Assembly: GCA_022729235.1 (NCBI GenBank)
Contig: JALDAJ010000001.1
Span: 512,001 to 576,000, forward strand
DNA from: Candidatus Nanohalarchaeota archaeon
GTDB taxonomy: Archaea; Nanohalarchaeota; Nanosalinia; Nanosalinales; Nanosalinaceae
DNA: 64,000 nucleotides
Reading direction: 5' to 3'
Each line of letters starts with the position of its first letter. Within the stretch, counting starts at the first letter, position 1. The notes beneath the pieces are model-generated. The model was not told where the DNA came from, did not search any database, and saw nothing but the letters and a program-made list of their open reading frames with translations. Both the position numbers and the translations under genes were made by a program. Below are positions 9,688 to 20,001 of the stretch, piece after piece.

Positions 9688-9815
9688 TTCCTGATCTCCT
9701 CTTCTCCGTTCCAGTCGCTAGACTTAGATCTAAGTTCGTCCTGGATGGCTATAGCTCTTTCAATGCGTTCCTGATTCTTTATTCTCTGTCCGGCGGACTC
9801 TATGGCTGTACCCAT
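9669..9815 (-). CDS. Small putative antitoxin (48 aa)
   Basis: Below the ORF-track cutoff. MGTAIESAGQRIKNQERIERAIAIQDELRSKSSDWNGEEEIRKWRQKR overlaps the PIN start; W-x-G-EEEIRKWR tail is typical of archaeal VapB C-termini. Confidence 0.65.
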   Translation of the reverse strand: MGTAIESAGQRIKNQERIERAIAIQDELRSKSSDWNGEEEIRKWRQKR

Positions 9816-9856
9816 AACTTTTTTTCTCTCCCAACAAATAATAGCTTTAGGATTTA

Positions 9857-10453
9857 TTAACCGAAAATCCGGTCACCTGCTTCTATCACGTCTGAGCGTT
9901 TAAGCTCCGGTAATTTGTTGAGGTCGTGAGCTTCGAGTAGCTCCTGCCCGATGTAGTATGCGGTGCTCCAGATAGGGTCGTCTGCCTCGAACCAGACCGC
10001 TTCCTCGTCTAGGCTTTCCCTGACCTGTGGCCAGGCATCTTCTAGTTCACTTTTCGACCACTCCAGGTTTTCCGAGGCTGTATCTTCGTAAACCCTGTCC
10101 AAAAACTGTAGCGCGAAAGCTTCCATAAGGAGCTCCTGCCAGCCGAACTGCACCTCGTTTTCCATCCGTTCGGCGAAGAGCGATCGGCCGTATGAGTATG
10201 CGGTGACCGGTCTCAGGTCGTTTTTCCAGTCATCGACTGTAGAGTTGAACTCCAGGTAGATGAACTCCCTGTCCCCCGACGCTCCCGATGCCCCGCTAGG
10301 ATTCTCGATTTCTGGCGGGGGAAACAGCCATCCTAGCGATATCTCGAAATCTTTTTCCTTCTCCTCGACGGTTTTACAGGTCGCAATCGCTTCCTCAACG
10401 ATCTGCTTCGCCTGCCTCAGCTCGTGCTCCTCCGGCTTGATTGAATAGCTCAT
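9857..10453 (-). CDS. Hypothetical acidic protein (possibly degenerate zincin-like fold)
   Basis: Long ORF with host-like composition, 4-nt overlap with the upstream gene; no HExxH motif. Confidence 0.65.
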   Translation of the reverse strand: MSYSIKPEEHELRQAKQIVEEAIATCKTVEEKEKDFEISLGWLFPPPEIENPSGASGASGDREFIYLEFNSTVDDWKNDLRPVTAYSYGRSLFAERMENEVQFGWQELLMEAFALQFLDRVYEDTASENLEWSKSELEDAWPQVRESLDEEAVWFEADDPIWSTAYYIGQELLEAHDLNKLPELKRSDVIEAGDRIFG

Positions 10454-11007
10454 TTTTCTTCCCACTTGATACTGCAGCCCTGTGAAGGTTTTTGTTCTTT
10501 CGGTGGGTCGCGTCTTTTCAGCATGTCTTGGATAACCTCCTTCATCTCTCTTTCATTGACCTGCTCGTCCGGTGAGGTCTTGTCGTTCAGTCTTCCGTGA
10601 TAATGTAAGCGGTGGCGCCAGTCAAGCAGGAACGGGTCGGGTGTGCATTTCGCGCCGTATGCTTCTGCGACTTTCTGTTCCCGATCAGCGAGGTAGTAGA
10701 AGTTCTGGGAGTTAAGACCGTTCTCCTCCACTAACTCGCCCATCTTTTCCACCGCGTCGTCCGGGTGTGTTTCTGCGTTGGGGTTGATGCAGACTACCGC
10801 GATAGAGGAGAACTCTTCGTCTAGTTGCCTCAGTTCTTCCAACTGTGCCTTAACGTACGGACAGTGGTTGCACATGAATACTACTAGCACGCCGTCGTAG
10901 TTGTCGAGGTCGCTTAACGCAACTTTCTGACCGTTGTAAGATTCAAGTTCGAACTCTGGTGCGTTTTTCCCAACCTCGATCTTTGACTCGGACTGTGTTA
11001 GTGCCAT
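10450..11007 (-). CDS. Thioredoxin-fold redoxin (AhpC/TSA-like)
   Basis: FMCNHCPYV, AYGAKCTPD, PSQGCSIKW. Confidence 0.9.
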   Translation of the reverse strand: MALTQSESKIEVGKNAPEFELESYNGQKVALSDLDNYDGVLVVFMCNHCPYVKAQLEELRQLDEEFSSIAVVCINPNAETHPDDAVEKMGELVEENGLNSQNFYYLADREQKVAEAYGAKCTPDPFLLDWRHRLHYHGRLNDKTSPDEQVNEREMKEVIQDMLKRRDPPKEQKPSQGCSIKWEEK

Positions 11008-11038
11008 GTACTGTTAATAGGGATGAAAGAATTACAAA

Positions 11039-11323
11039 TTACCGGTTGTATAGTTCCTGGGTAACTTCATCATAGTCGAAGTTCTCCTTGAAGTAAGCCA
11101 AGACTTTAACGTCTTGAGGGATGAGATCACATTTCTTGGTTTCTACCGCGCTATAGTAATCGAATTCTAGTTTGAGTGTTGGTCCTTCGTATACGACTGT
11201 CTCTCCATTGAAGTTAACGTATTCTTCATCTCCCGATAATCTCTCGAGTTCTGCTCTTGCCTGTCGAACTTCTTCTCTCCAGTGAGGAGTCTCTACTTCC
11301 AGGTGTTTCTCTAACCAGGGCAT
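11039..11323 (-). CDS. Hypothetical protein
   Basis: 94-aa acidic ORF filling the gap between known genes. Confidence 0.55.
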   Translation of the reverse strand: MPWLEKHLEVETPHWREEVRQARAELERLSGDEEYVNFNGETVVYEGPTLKLEFDYYSAVETKKCDLIPQDVKVLAYFKENFDYDEVTQELYNR

Positions 11324-11408
11324 ATCTTCTATCTCTGCTAGCTGAATATTATAAATCGAGCTATCGCCGACAAGATTTTAAGTCTGCCATCATATTACTT
11401 CGTAATAT

Positions 11409-12197
11409 ATGAGAGACTTTGATGACTCCCCTATAGTCCGGAACGGAAACTCGTTAATACTCGCCTACGACCACGGTCTCGAGCACGGACCTGTGGATTT
11501 CGAACCCGTACCTGAAAGCGCTAATCCACGCCACGTTTTCGAGGTCGCGAAACATGAGGCGGTAACAGCTCTCGCGGTCCAGAAAGGTGTCGCGGAAACT
11601 TACTACCCTGAATACGAGGACGAGGTGAACCTCCTCGTGAAGCTTAACGGCACCTCCGATCTCTGGGACCCGGATGACTACTACTCGCCGAAGAACTGTA
11701 CGGTGCAGTACGCGGTGGAGGAGTTAGGTGCTGATGCTGTCGGTTTCACGATGTATGCGGGCAGTGATTACGAGGGCTCGATGTTCGAGGAGTTCCGTAG
11801 AGTGCAGGAAGAGGCTCGCAGGTACGGTGTTCCTGTCGTCATGTGGGCGTATCCTCGCGGAAGACCGATCAAGAATGACAAGAAAACATCTATAATTTCA
11901 TACGCTTCCCGAATCGGTCTCGAACTCGGTGCTGATATGGTCAAGTGCAAGTACCCGGGCTCGAAGACGGCGTGGGAAGAAGTAGTGGCGGTCTCGGGGG
12001 ACATGAAGACTGTGATGAGCGGGGGTTCAAAGACTTCTGATGAAGCATTCCTGGAACAGGTTCACAGCGTCATAAGTGCGGGCGGAAACGGTCTTGCCGT
12101 CGGTAGAAACGTGTTCCAGCGTGAGAACCCGGAAGCTATCCTCGACAAGCTTGAAGGAGTTATCTTTGAGGAAAAGCAACCTGACCAGGTACTATAG
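11409..12197 (+). CDS. fba: Class I (DhnA-type) fructose-bisphosphate aldolase
   Basis: LAYDHGLEHGP, WAYPRG, LGADMVKCKY, SGG, GLAVGRNVFQ. Confidence 0.92.
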   Translation: MRDFDDSPIVRNGNSLILAYDHGLEHGPVDFEPVPESANPRHVFEVAKHEAVTALAVQKGVAETYYPEYEDEVNLLVKLNGTSDLWDPDDYYSPKNCTVQYAVEELGADAVGFTMYAGSDYEGSMFEEFRRVQEEARRYGVPVVMWAYPRGRPIKNDKKTSIISYASRIGLELGADMVKCKYPGSKTAWEEVVAVSGDMKTVMSGGSKTSDEAFLEQVHSVISAGGNGLAVGRNVFQRENPEAILDKLEGVIFEEKQPDQVL

Positions 12198-12204
12198 CTG
12201 ATAC

Positions 12205-13062
12205 GTGATGGATAAGGAGGAGACTGTAGACGAAGTTGTCAGGAGTGTTGCAGAGACCGCGCCACATATTTCCTCGGGTCTTATGCACCGCAGGGAGTAC
12301 GTTGGCGAACAGAATCCGTCGGATGAGGAGGTTCGCGAGGCGGATGTCTGGGCGAATGAATTACTGAAGGAGCAGATCACATCTATCGAGGGAGTGGGAC
12401 AGTTCGCCTCTGAAGAGGAAAAGATCATAACCGACTGTGGGGAAGGTCTCGCGGTGGCTATAGATCCTCTTGATGGCTCATCAAACATACCGACCAACAA
12501 CCTTATCGGCACCATAGTCGGGATTTACGATGGCGAGCTGCCTTGTAAAGGGGAGAACCTTGTCGCCGCTTTCTACGTGGTTTACGGCCCTCTTACAACG
12601 ATGATGGTGGCGTTGAACGGAGATGTGAATGAGTACGTGATCGAAGAGAGACCAGGTGATGATATCGAGATGTATCTCGTGGGTGAGGATCTGGAGATCG
12701 AGGATGACCGTATCTACGGGTTCGGCGGCAATAAGAACTGGACGGAGGAGTTCCGTGAGTTCGAGTCAGAAATCGCAGAGGATTACAAGCTCCGGTACAG
12801 CGGTGCATTAGTCGGTGATGTTAACCAGGTCATGCATCACGGGGGAATGTTCGCGTATCCTGAAAGGACGGACGCATCGAATGGAAAGCTCAGACTGCTT
12901 TTCGAGTGCAACCCCGTTTCCTACATAGTTGAATCCGCAAGTGGGGCTTCAAGTGATGGCGCCGGATCAATTCTCAAGGTTGAGGTAGAGGAGCTCCATC
13001 AGCGCGTACCGTTTTTCGCAGGACACACGGATATGATAAGAAAAATGGAGAACTCTCTATAG
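12205..13062 (+). CDS. fbp: Class I fructose-1,6-bisphosphatase
   Basis: ASEE, IDPLDGSSN, LRYSGALVGD, GKLRLLFECNP. Confidence 0.95.
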   Translation: MMDKEETVDEVVRSVAETAPHISSGLMHRREYVGEQNPSDEEVREADVWANELLKEQITSIEGVGQFASEEEKIITDCGEGLAVAIDPLDGSSNIPTNNLIGTIVGIYDGELPCKGENLVAAFYVVYGPLTTMMVALNGDVNEYVIEERPGDDIEMYLVGEDLEIEDDRIYGFGGNKNWTEEFREFESEIAEDYKLRYSGALVGDVNQVMHHGGMFAYPERTDASNGKLRLLFECNPVSYIVESASGASSDGAGSILKVEVEELHQRVPFFAGHTDMIRKMENSL

Positions 13063-13063
13063 G

Positions 13064-15346
13064 TCAGTCGAAGTAGTCCATGATGTTCTCCCGGTCGAAG
13101 ATGTTTTCCTGCCCGACCTGTTTCTTCAGTTTCTCCGCAGTCCGTTTACCGATCAGCTTCTTCAGTTTCTCGAACGAGGTTTCCCGGATGTCTTCTTGAT
13201 CTCTGACACCATGATCATGTAATTTCCGGGCGCGGACACGTCCTATCTGGTCGTACTTCACCAGCGGCAGAAGCTCTTCCTTTATGCCGTGTTTCAGCCT
13301 CAGCCTTACTTTTTCCAGGTCTTTCTCGACATCCGAAGAACTATCTGTGTTCTCCGAATCCTTCATCCGCGCGAGCTCTTTAGACGCGTAGAGAAGCCAG
13401 TCCGCGTTTTTCATCTTCGCCCTTATACCGCCGGGCGCGATACCGTAGTTCTCCATGAGCTGTTCTTCTTCTATCTCAGACATCCAGCCCTGCATCATCA
13501 GCGAGGTCTTCATGCATTCCAGGAAGTGATCGTACCTCGGCTCCCACTCCTCCGGGGTGTCTTCCATGATGTAGTCGCGGGCATCCATCAATGCCTGTCC
13601 GACATCCGAGTGTTCCTTGTCCTTCACTCTTAGTCGGGGCGCCATCTCACTGGTCCGGGAGAGCATGAACAGATAGGTTACAGGTCTAGTAGTGTTATCC
13701 TCCGCGCGCTCCAGTGTCTCAAGGATGTGGTTAGCGGAGTCAGGGTCGATGTAAAGCTCGGAGACTCTTTTACCGACCTTGGTCGCATCCATCTTTTCCT
13801 TCTCAATAAAAGCGTAGTCTCTCAGCTGTTCCACAACCTCCTCTATCTTCCGCTCCACTTCATCCAGGTCGCGGAACTGGAACGCGTAGAACGTTTCCTT
13901 GTAGAACTCCTTCAGGTCGGGCATGGAGGTGCAGAAACGGGAGGCGACCAGTGACAGCGTGTGCATCCTCAGGATCGGCTCCGCGTTCAGCTTGGACTGT
14001 ATCCTCTCCGGTTCTCCTGCGATAAACCGCTCCAGGATTTCCTGCTTGTCGCTGTTCGCGACAGAGATAGCCTCCCCGCGGTCATCATACTTCGGTCTCC
14101 CGGCGCGTCCTGTCATCTGCTCGTACTCGAGAACGGGTATGTACTCCATCCCTCGCCCGGTGTACCGTTTCAGGTCCCTGATGATGACGCGGAACGCGGG
14201 AAGGTTGACGCCCGCAGCTAAAGTCGGGGTTGCGGAGACTGTCCTGACAAGTCCTTTCCTGAAAGTCTCCTCCACGAGCGAGCGCTGCTGCGACATCAGC
14301 CCCGCGTGGTGGAACGCAGCGCCTTTCCTGACATTTTCTGCCAAACGTTTGCACTGTGAGGTCGGCGACCCGAGGACGTTCTCAATCCTTTCCGCATAGT
14401 CTTCCAGCTCCTTTTTCTCTTCTCTCGACAGGTCGTCTCGTGTTATCTTTCCGGTACGGTCGCTGGATTTCTCCGCGCCTTTCCGGGAGGAGCAGAATAT
14501 TATCGCCTGTTTGTCCATCTCAAGGGTGTCGTCTACCAGGTTCAGCGTCCCGCGCCCGTGCGTGTCTTCTATAAAATAGGTCTCGGACTCGATTTTTTCT
14601 CCGCTGTCTTCCTTCACTTCTTTACCCGTCTGGAAACTATCGCTGTTCGCTTCTTTTGAACTCTCATCAGGATCTTCCATCTCGACCCCTTCCGGGTAGA
14701 ACTCGACCTCGTTTCCCTCGTAGATACCGTGGTTCAGCTCTACCGGTCTATAATCGCTTTCGACCAGCTCCGCGTCCAGCCAGCCCGCTAACTCATCGCT
14801 GTTGGAGATAGTTGCGGAGAGCCCGAGCATCTGGAACTCCAGAAGATCTCTCAACCGGGAGATCGTGACTTCCAACGTCGGCCCTCTATTTGGCGAGGTA
14901 AGCAGGTGTATCTCGTCCACCACGACGAGACCGATTTCGTGTATCCAGGACGGATTATGTCTTAACATGGAATCGAGTTTCTCCGAGGTCACGACTATTA
15001 TGTCCGCGGTCTCGAATCCTGCGCCTTCATCATCGTAATCCCCGACAGCCATCCTTACGTCCAGCTCTTCGTAGCGCTCGGAGAAGTCCTGGTATTTTTC
15101 CGAGGCGAGCGCCTTCAACGGGACAATGTACACTGCTTTCTTCCCCTCCTCTACAGCTTTCTTAGTCATCGCCAGTTCCGCGATAAACGTCTTTCCCGAC
15201 GCGGTAGGGCTCGCGACCACCATGTCGTCTCCGTCCATCAACCCTGCGTCGACAGCCTCCTTCTGCGGAGGGTTCAGCTCTTTGATACCTTCAGAAAGAA
15301 AGTCCTGCTTTATACCGTCCGGGATGTCGAGTTTGCTGACTTTCAT
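13064..15346 (-). CDS. hel308: Ski2-like DNA helicase Hel308/Hjm
   Basis: PTASGKT, DEIH, LSAT, AFHHAGL, TPTLAAGVNLPA, QMTGRAGRP and a C-terminal HhH (IGRVRARKL). Confidence 0.93.
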   Translation of the reverse strand: MKVSKLDIPDGIKQDFLSEGIKELNPPQKEAVDAGLMDGDDMVVASPTASGKTFIAELAMTKKAVEEGKKAVYIVPLKALASEKYQDFSERYEELDVRMAVGDYDDEGAGFETADIIVVTSEKLDSMLRHNPSWIHEIGLVVVDEIHLLTSPNRGPTLEVTISRLRDLLEFQMLGLSATISNSDELAGWLDAELVESDYRPVELNHGIYEGNEVEFYPEGVEMEDPDESSKEANSDSFQTGKEVKEDSGEKIESETYFIEDTHGRGTLNLVDDTLEMDKQAIIFCSSRKGAEKSSDRTGKITRDDLSREEKKELEDYAERIENVLGSPTSQCKRLAENVRKGAAFHHAGLMSQQRSLVEETFRKGLVRTVSATPTLAAGVNLPAFRVIIRDLKRYTGRGMEYIPVLEYEQMTGRAGRPKYDDRGEAISVANSDKQEILERFIAGEPERIQSKLNAEPILRMHTLSLVASRFCTSMPDLKEFYKETFYAFQFRDLDEVERKIEEVVEQLRDYAFIEKEKMDATKVGKRVSELYIDPDSANHILETLERAEDNTTRPVTYLFMLSRTSEMAPRLRVKDKEHSDVGQALMDARDYIMEDTPEEWEPRYDHFLECMKTSLMMQGWMSEIEEEQLMENYGIAPGGIRAKMKNADWLLYASKELARMKDSENTDSSSDVEKDLEKVRLRLKHGIKEELLPLVKYDQIGRVRARKLHDHGVRDQEDIRETSFEKLKKLIGKRTAEKLKKQVGQENIFDRENIMDYFD

Positions 15347-15424
15347 GGTTTAACTGGCGCGAGGAATTCTTTTCAGCCTATCGCGTCCGCAAACCTCTAA
15401 AATATCAGGGAGGGATATTCAAGC

Positions 15425-15802
15425 ATGGAGAGGCTGAAACAGCTCGCGCGCCAGCCCTACGTGATCGCGACTACAGGTCTAGGACTTGTCCTGCTTATCG
15501 CAGGTTTCACCAAGTTTACTCACCTCGACGTCTGGATGGGCTACAGGCCTGTATTTGTTTCCGAGATGCTGCCTTTAACCGCTGAAAACGTGATGCGTGC
15601 CGGCGGTGTCTTCGAACTTGCTCTCGGCGCGTTACTAGTCGCGAGGAAAAGAGTTCTTGAGGCATCTCTAGTATCCGCTGTCTGGCTGGCAATGATAACA
15701 GTCGCGATGTACAAGATAGGTCTCTGGACCACAGCTTTGAGAGACCTTGGAATAGTCTTCCTTGCACTGACCGTTGCGGTGATGGCGTATGAGAGGCGTT
15801 GA
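15425..15802 (+). CDS. DoxX-like membrane protein
   Basis: Four hydrophobic helices, G.FE...G, ALRDLG. Confidence 0.75.
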   Translation: MERLKQLARQPYVIATTGLGLVLLIAGFTKFTHLDVWMGYRPVFVSEMLPLTAENVMRAGGVFELALGALLVARKRVLEASLVSAVWLAMITVAMYKIGLWTTALRDLGIVFLALTVAVMAYERR

Positions 15803-15855
15803 GTACCAACCTCGGTCAAGAACTATAAATGGGCTTTACAAATATTTGTAACAGC

Positions 15856-18800
15856 ATGCATAGTTCTCCTGAAAATCTGAAGATACTTGTCTTATTCGCC
15901 TTCTCGCTGTTACTTCTAGCGGTTCCAGTGGCGGCGGATCCAGTCAGCGGATGCCAGACTATCGATACAGAAGGAGAGTACCAGCTTGAAAGCTTCACTA
16001 CGGAAGTGAGTGAGGGAGAGACATGTATAGAGATAACATCCAGTGACGTGACGCTTGATGGTGACAGCAATACTTTGACGGTGGACGACGAGGATGTTGA
16101 TGCAATAGCGGTGGAGGGTGACGTACCTCTCGAAAACATCACTATCAGAGATCTCGACATAGTGTATGACAGTGAGGTGGACACGGCGGGAACCGCGCTG
16201 ACATTCCAGGGCTTCTACGAGGATGACCGCTCAGATGATTACAAACTCGATAATATCCAGGTAAATGACGCGTACAAAGGCGTGTTTTTCAACGATGTTC
16301 ATTCAATGCAGATTCTCAACTCCGACATAACGGTGGAAAGACATGGAATAGAGTTTCATGACTCCTCGAATAATGTGATAGAAGACACATCGATCAGCAT
16401 GACAGGAGGAACTGATGAATCTCCTGTCGGAGTCTACTTGTATCCTGGATCAGAGTGGAACCACCTGGTCGTCAGCCAGGTCACAGGTCCAGGGATTCAT
16501 GATCCGACTTCGATAGGAGTAAGGATCGCAGGTGATAGCTCGGAGGATAGAGAGGACATGAACCAGAGGAACAACATACGGGGGAACACTATCACGAACA
16601 ACGATGTCGGGCTGGAGATGCTGAACACCCACAACAACCCGGTTCTTGAGAACGAATTCGACAACAATGATGTACACGTTACGCTGGGCGAGAAGCTGGG
16701 ACGTAACAGGTTCATGGACAACGGATTCCTCGATGCCAGCGGACATATATGGGCGGATTATGACAGTGTTGAGACCCTCTATGGCGACGATAACTGGATG
16801 GGAGCATTCTTCACCTCGAATTACTGGAAGAACGACGTGAGCGACTTCTGCTTCGACACGACCCTCTCCGGGACATGCAACGAACACGACGATGTAGATG
16901 ACGAGAAGTGGACGTATGCGGATGGAGACGAGAAGACGGTTGACCCGAACCCTCTATCCCTCATCGGAGTCGACCTGGTAAACGTCGCCTTCGATGACAA
17001 CGACCCTTCCACCCACACCTCCTACCCACGCACCGTCTCGTTCATCGGCAACGAACTCGATATAGTTGGTATAGACATAGATGACTACCACCTAGAGGAT
17101 TCTGACGGAGGCAATATTGAAACTGAAACAGGAGACGGTTCGTTTGACACTACCGGCATGGATGAGGGATACTACACCATCCAGCACGAGGGCGAGGCGG
17201 AGACAGGTTTCGAGCACGAACTCGAACTACTGGACCCTGAAGGATACGATGCTGTAGGAAGAGTTGGAGGACTTGAAGATACTGCTTCGCTGGAAGGAGG
17301 TGACCTTGAGGTCATGGACTGGCTGACTCTTGAGACCGTCGAACACGCGTTCAATATCGAAGGAGAGGACAGGTATAGTGAAATGGGAGGTCCGGATGAC
17401 ACTGATGATTTCCTGTACAGAGTTGACTTGGGTGGAATGGAGGAAGGCTGGATAACTGTTGATAAAGATGGTAAGGCGACAGGGTCAACAGCGCTCTCCC
17501 ACGTGATGCATAACTGGGAAGTCTATGACCAGGAACTGCCTGTGGTCAACGACTTTACAGTTGAAGAAGGACACACTGTGTCCGGAAGTCTGAGCGAAAA
17601 CCATGATGAAGCCGAAGTTTTACTGAAAAGACATGACCGCGACTTCACTAACTACCGTCTACCGTACACATTCAGACCTCCTGAATTATCAGCACAAGTC
17701 GAGGGAGACAGCTTCACGTTCAATAACGTCCCGGAGGGGCGCTACAGTGTCAAGATAGCGGATTCCGAGGGCTTTGTACGTGTCGCACCCAATAGCTTTG
17801 AACACGATATCGAGGTCGAAGGAGACGTAACTGAAAGCGACTGGAGTCCTATAGAGGTCTCTGGTACTACTACCGAGGAAGTCAATATCACGATCGACGG
17901 CCCCGAGGGAGATGAGTACAGGTACGCTTCGGCGGTCGAACGTGAGGATGCAGAAGGAGATACTATCAGCTACATGGAGCCAGGGCAGACATCCGATCAC
18001 TTTGATGCAGAGTTTACCCAGGAAGTCCTTAATGATGAAGTCTACACTGTCCTCGGTGTGATGATGGAGTTCGAAGACGGTAAGATGCAGAACGTCCAGG
18101 TAGATAGTGAGGAAGTTGACTTAACAGATGGAGAGCCTAACGAGCCATATTTCACCTTCACCGAGCCTATGGCGGTTACAGGAAAGGTCGCCGATCCTGA
18201 TGACGCGGTTATCCCGGGCGCCAGAGTTATCTTCGAATCCGAGACAGGGTTCGCGATGGATGAGACAGATCAGGACGGGGAGTACAACGTCAGCCTGATG
18301 GAAGGCGAGGAGTACAGTGCTACCGTCCACTGGGAGGGCGGCATGAACAAGTATGACGTAGAGTTCACCCCTGGAGAAGATTATGGCGGAACGGAAAAGG
18401 AGTTCCAGATGGATGAAGGATCCTCCCTGGAAGTAACGGTGGAGGACGAGGAGACAGGAGATATACTTGACGCCCACGTCCGCCTGGAGAACCCTGAGGT
18501 CTCGTACTATGACTCTAAGCGAACCCAGGGTGAGGAGATAAACTTCACCGGATTGAATTCGGGTACGGGAGACGATTACAGGCTGGTCGTACATCCAGAG
18601 GACTGGACGTACCCTGTTGCGGAGAACGACTCCGTGACCATAGATGAAGACTTTGAACAGGTCAAAGTAGAGCTCTCGGAGAGCGAGACCGAGACCGCAG
18701 GAAACGTCTCGCTTACTAACGGAACTAACATCGATGCCGACGTGACTTTCTACGAATTAAGTACTAGGGAAGAAGCGGAGTCCGTCGCCTCTGACAGTGA

Positions 18801-20001
18801 GGACGGTTACGCGGTCAATATAACTCCGACAGGCTACAGGATAGAGGTTGAACCACACGAAGATAACTATGCAGAATCAGAGTTTTACCGCCGCATCCCG
18901 GACCAGGACGAAGAGTTTGAGCTAAATCTAGAAGTATCTGAGCGGGTAACTGTTGAGGGCGTGGTAGATGATGCTGACGGCGGTATCGTAGTAGGCGCGG
19001 AGGTATTCGCCTGGAGCCGAGAGGCAAGACACAGCGAGTCCACAGTTACAAACAGCAGCGGACATTACCAGCTAGATCTTCATTCTGACGCAGAGTACAA
19101 CATGATGGTATCGGAGGAAGGATATATCGCGGAGGAAGAAACGGAGACGTTCGACAGTGATGAAAACGATGTCAATTTTGTTCTATCAGGCGGTGAGACG
19201 ATGAGCGGTACTGTCAAGGATGAGGATGGCGATCCGATTGGTTCAGGCATCATCTCGGTCTGGAATGATGATGGATCATTCGGTTCCGATGAGTTCGAGG
19301 ATGGTACATATGAGATAACTGGTCTCGAGGATGCGGAGCATGAGGTCTGGGTGAGGCCCGACAACAGAGAGCTGGAGGTTAACACCAGTGAGAACGTTGA
19401 GGTGGGAGAACAGAACTTCACTGTTGAGAGTCGAGGAGGACAGAAAATCGAGGTAACTGTGATAGATGATGCTGGTGAAGAAGTGGGGGATGCAGAAGTC
19501 ATCACCGATATGACCAGCGGAAGAACTAATGCTGACGGTGAGATCGAGCTGGAAAGACACAATGTTGGAGATATAGTGATTGAAGTGAGGAAGGAAGGAT
19601 ACGAGGGCGTGAAGCGAGAGGTAACGATAAGAGACCCTGACGGTCCTTATGCGACGAACGACACCAAGGAGGTTGAAATTGTACTTGAATCTACTACAGA
19701 AGTAGAGGTTGATTTCGAAGTTAAAGAAGGCGGAGACGCTGTATCCGACGCCTCAATCGTTGTTGTAAATACTGACGAGGACCTATCCGACAGCGGAAGC
19801 GAGGTAACGGATTCGGGAGGAGAAGCGACAATCGAGAACCTTGTTGAAGGAGATTACAGGATTATACTCGCGGTTGACGGTGACGAATCGTACTCGGAGT
19901 CCGGTAAAGATTTCAGTGAAGGCGCAGGTGAGAATACTATCAATAACTTTGGTGAGGGAACAACGGGATATGACCTTACTTACGAGGTGTCGCTGCAGTG
20001 A
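15856..20001 (+). CDS. Large secreted surface protein: NosD-like beta-helix plus carboxypeptidase-regulatory/Cna-B-like repeats
   Basis: Signal peptide, SSDVTLDG, NxIxxN repeats, then repeated VxGxVxDxDG...TDxxGxY modules. Confidence 0.85.
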   Translation: MHSSPENLKILVLFAFSLLLLAVPVAADPVSGCQTIDTEGEYQLESFTTEVSEGETCIEITSSDVTLDGDSNTLTVDDEDVDAIAVEGDVPLENITIRDLDIVYDSEVDTAGTALTFQGFYEDDRSDDYKLDNIQVNDAYKGVFFNDVHSMQILNSDITVERHGIEFHDSSNNVIEDTSISMTGGTDESPVGVYLYPGSEWNHLVVSQVTGPGIHDPTSIGVRIAGDSSEDREDMNQRNNIRGNTITNNDVGLEMLNTHNNPVLENEFDNNDVHVTLGEKLGRNRFMDNGFLDASGHIWADYDSVETLYGDDNWMGAFFTSNYWKNDVSDFCFDTTLSGTCNEHDDVDDEKWTYADGDEKTVDPNPLSLIGVDLVNVAFDDNDPSTHTSYPRTVSFIGNELDIVGIDIDDYHLEDSDGGNIETETGDGSFDTTGMDEGYYTIQHEGEAETGFEHELELLDPEGYDAVGRVGGLEDTASLEGGDLEVMDWLTLETVEHAFNIEGEDRYSEMGGPDDTDDFLYRVDLGGMEEGWITVDKDGKATGSTALSHVMHNWEVYDQELPVVNDFTVEEGHTVSGSLSENHDEAEVLLKRHDRDFTNYRLPYTFRPPELSAQVEGDSFTFNNVPEGRYSVKIADSEGFVRVAPNSFEHDIEVEGDVTESDWSPIEVSGTTTEEVNITIDGPEGDEYRYASAVEREDAEGDTISYMEPGQTSDHFDAEFTQEVLNDEVYTVLGVMMEFEDGKMQNVQVDSEEVDLTDGEPNEPYFTFTEPMAVTGKVADPDDAVIPGARVIFESETGFAMDETDQDGEYNVSLMEGEEYSATVHWEGGMNKYDVEFTPGEDYGGTEKEFQMDEGSSLEVTVEDEETGDILDAHVRLENPEVSYYDSKRTQGEEINFTGLNSGTGDDYRLVVHPEDWTYPVAENDSVTIDEDFEQVKVELSESETETAGNVSLTNGTNIDADVTFYELSTREEAESVASDSEDGYAVNITPTGYRIEVEPHEDNYAESEFYRRIPDQDEEFELNLEVSERVTVEGVVDDADGGIVVGAEVFAWSREARHSESTVTNSSGHYQLDLHSDAEYNMMVSEEGYIAEEETETFDSDENDVNFVLSGGETMSGTVKDEDGDPIGSGIISVWNDDGSFGSDEFEDGTYEITGLEDAEHEVWVRPDNRELEVNTSENVEVGEQNFTVESRGGQKIEVTVIDDAGEEVGDAEVITDMTSGRTNADGEIELERHNVGDIVIEVRKEGYEGVKREVTIRDPDGPYATNDTKEVEIVLESTTEVEVDFEVKEGGDAVSDASIVVVNTDEDLSDSGSEVTDSGGEATIENLVEGDYRIILAVDGDESYSESGKDFSEGAGENTINNFGEGTTGYDLTYEVSLQ

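Noticed and set aside
14580-14700. Intein in Hel308
   Set aside because: The insert is a ~40-aa acidic linker with no C/S...HN splice motifs.
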